From the NCBI GenBank assembly GCA_963765585.1, contig CAVXXB010000006.1, positions 68,007-132,006 on the forward strand: 64,000 nucleotides of DNA. Direction: 5' to 3'. This DNA comes from Calditrichia bacterium (GTDB lineage Bacteria > Calditrichota > Calditrichia > JAJRVZ01). A model generated the notes under the pieces. That model was given only the letters and a program-made list of their open reading frames with translations. It had not been told where the DNA came from and searched no databases. Position numbers and translations under genes: made by a program. The stretch's first letter is position 1, and each line of letters starts with the position of its first letter. Of this stretch, positions 63,321-64,000 are shown in pieces.

Positions 63321-63339
63321 ATTTGTCGGGAGAGTTTCC

Positions 63340-64000
63340 ATGATATCCAATTATTCATATCGCCTGTATATTTTTTCTTTTGTCTTTTATCTTCTGTCTT
63401 CCCTCTCCGCCCAGGAACTGGTACTGGTAAAGGGCACTGTTTTCGATGCGCAAACAAAAGAACCATTGGCCGGCGCCAATTTACTCATCGAATCACTAGA
63501 TCGTGGCAGCACTTCTGATATATCCGGACATTTTTTATTTTCTGATATTCCGCACGGTGACTATATCATAAGCGCCAGTTTTATAGGATATAAGGTTAAT
63601 AAACAGAAACTGAATATAAAAGATACTTCACAGATTACCATGCGGATTGAGTTAACTCCGACAATTCTTGAAGGTCAATCGATTGAGGTGACCGCAACCA
63701 GAGCAGCGGATGGGAGAACACCGGTTACCTTTACCAATATAACGCAAAAAGAGCTGAGTGAACAATATACCGCCAGTGATATCCCAATTCTACTCGATCA
63801 ACTACCCAATGTTTACTCCTATTCACTTACCGGTGATAATCTCGGTTACTCGTTTTTAAAAATCCGCGGCTTTGATCAATCACGGGTAGGTGTAATGGTC
63901 AATGATATTCCGCTGAATGATCCTGAGGACCAACAGGTGTATTGGGTTGACCACCCGGATCTGGCCGAAAGTGTTCAGGATATCCAGGTTCAGCGCGGTG
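63340..64000 (+). CDS. TonB-dependent outer-membrane receptor with an N-terminal carboxypeptidase-regulatory-like domain; 3'-partial
   Basis: Signal peptide. CarbopepD_reg-like domain (…VKGTVFDAQTKEPLAGANLLIE…GDYIISASFIGY…). Then the plug-domain start (…NDIPLNDPEDQQVYW…). Runs off the window edge. Confidence 0.75.
   Translation, partial: MISNYSYRLYIFSFVFYLLSSLSAQELVLVKGTVFDAQTKEPLAGANLLIESLDRGSTSDISGHFLFSDIPHGDYIISASFIGYKVNKQKLNIKDTSQITMRIELTPTILEGQSIEVTATRAADGRTPVTFTNITQKELSEQYTASDIPILLDQLPNVYSYSLTGDNLGYSFLKIRGFDQSRVGVMVNDIPLNDPEDQQVYWVDHPDLAESVQDIQVQRG

Noticed and set aside
63269-63466. 65-aa minus-strand ORF overlapping the riboswitch-like leader and the TonB receptor start
   Set aside because: It overlaps a well-supported plus-strand gene start and a structured leader. 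No support.

Overview
This 64 kb window is a ~40% GC chromosome segment from a bacterium that uses a type IX secretion system (T9SS). At least four secreted proteins, plus a fifth degraded gene and one orphan tail fragment, end in the Por/T9SS C-terminal sorting domain (…PNPFNP…); the first listed below is a VIT/VWA-like protein that ends in the FPNPFN variant. The architecture points to an uncultured FCB-superphylum lineage. I cannot place it more precisely without a database search.

Identifiable content on the minus strand, reading left to right:
- a mevalonate-pathway operon: an HMG-CoA reductase fused to mevalonate kinase (runs off the left edge), an ERG8-type phosphomevalonate kinase and diphosphomevalonate decarboxylase;
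- a complete Rnf complex operon (rnfC, D, G, E, A, B) plus an RseC-like gene;
- an M16 peptidase, coaBC, gmk and yicC.

Further right:
- an RqcH/NFACT-like gene, a TPR protein, an acyl-CoA synthetase, and a Crp/Fnr regulator next to a 4Fe-4S protein;
- secreted T9SS cargo proteins (VIT/VWA-like, SBBP-repeat, beta-propeller);
- hydrolases: DUF1080, a sulfatase-family protein, GH127 and gamma-glutamyltranspeptidase;
- a three-subunit TAT-exported molybdenum hydroxylase (xanthine-dehydrogenase family);
- a YhhQ transporter, tRNA-Asn and a beta-lactamase-fold hydrolase;
- a Bacteroides-type hybrid two-component sensor (HTCS) and a sigma-54 activator;
- a Hanks-type Ser/Thr kinase with TPRs, an SMP-30/gluconolactonase-family protein, and a TonB-dependent receptor (runs off the right edge) behind a riboswitch-like leader.

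Several things stand out.
1. Five TTAA-flanked cassettes with related terminal inverted repeats (CCRCARAG…). Three carry PD-(D/E)XK-fold cargo (a GxxExxY gene, a decayed GxxExxY copy, and a GC-rich PD-(D/E)XK gene). One carries an IS110 transposase remnant. One is an empty MITE.
2. A ~256-bp composite structured repeat with four hairpins whose stems change in a compensatory way between copies. It occurs as a 5-copy tandem array, a 2-copy array and two single copies.
3. Many intergenic heptamer/octamer micro-repeats, arranged as inverted pairs.
4. Many frameshifted genes: at least 8 loci, including an HTCS broken into 5 pieces and a beta-helix T9SS gene in at least 4 pieces. One break sits in an A6 homopolymer. 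This suggests assembly indel errors and/or genuine gene decay, concentrated in a ~9 kb segment bounded by 85-bp direct repeats that begin at the tRNA-Asn 3' end.

All calls come from reading motifs and domain architecture. No database searches were possible, so product names are family-level inferences.
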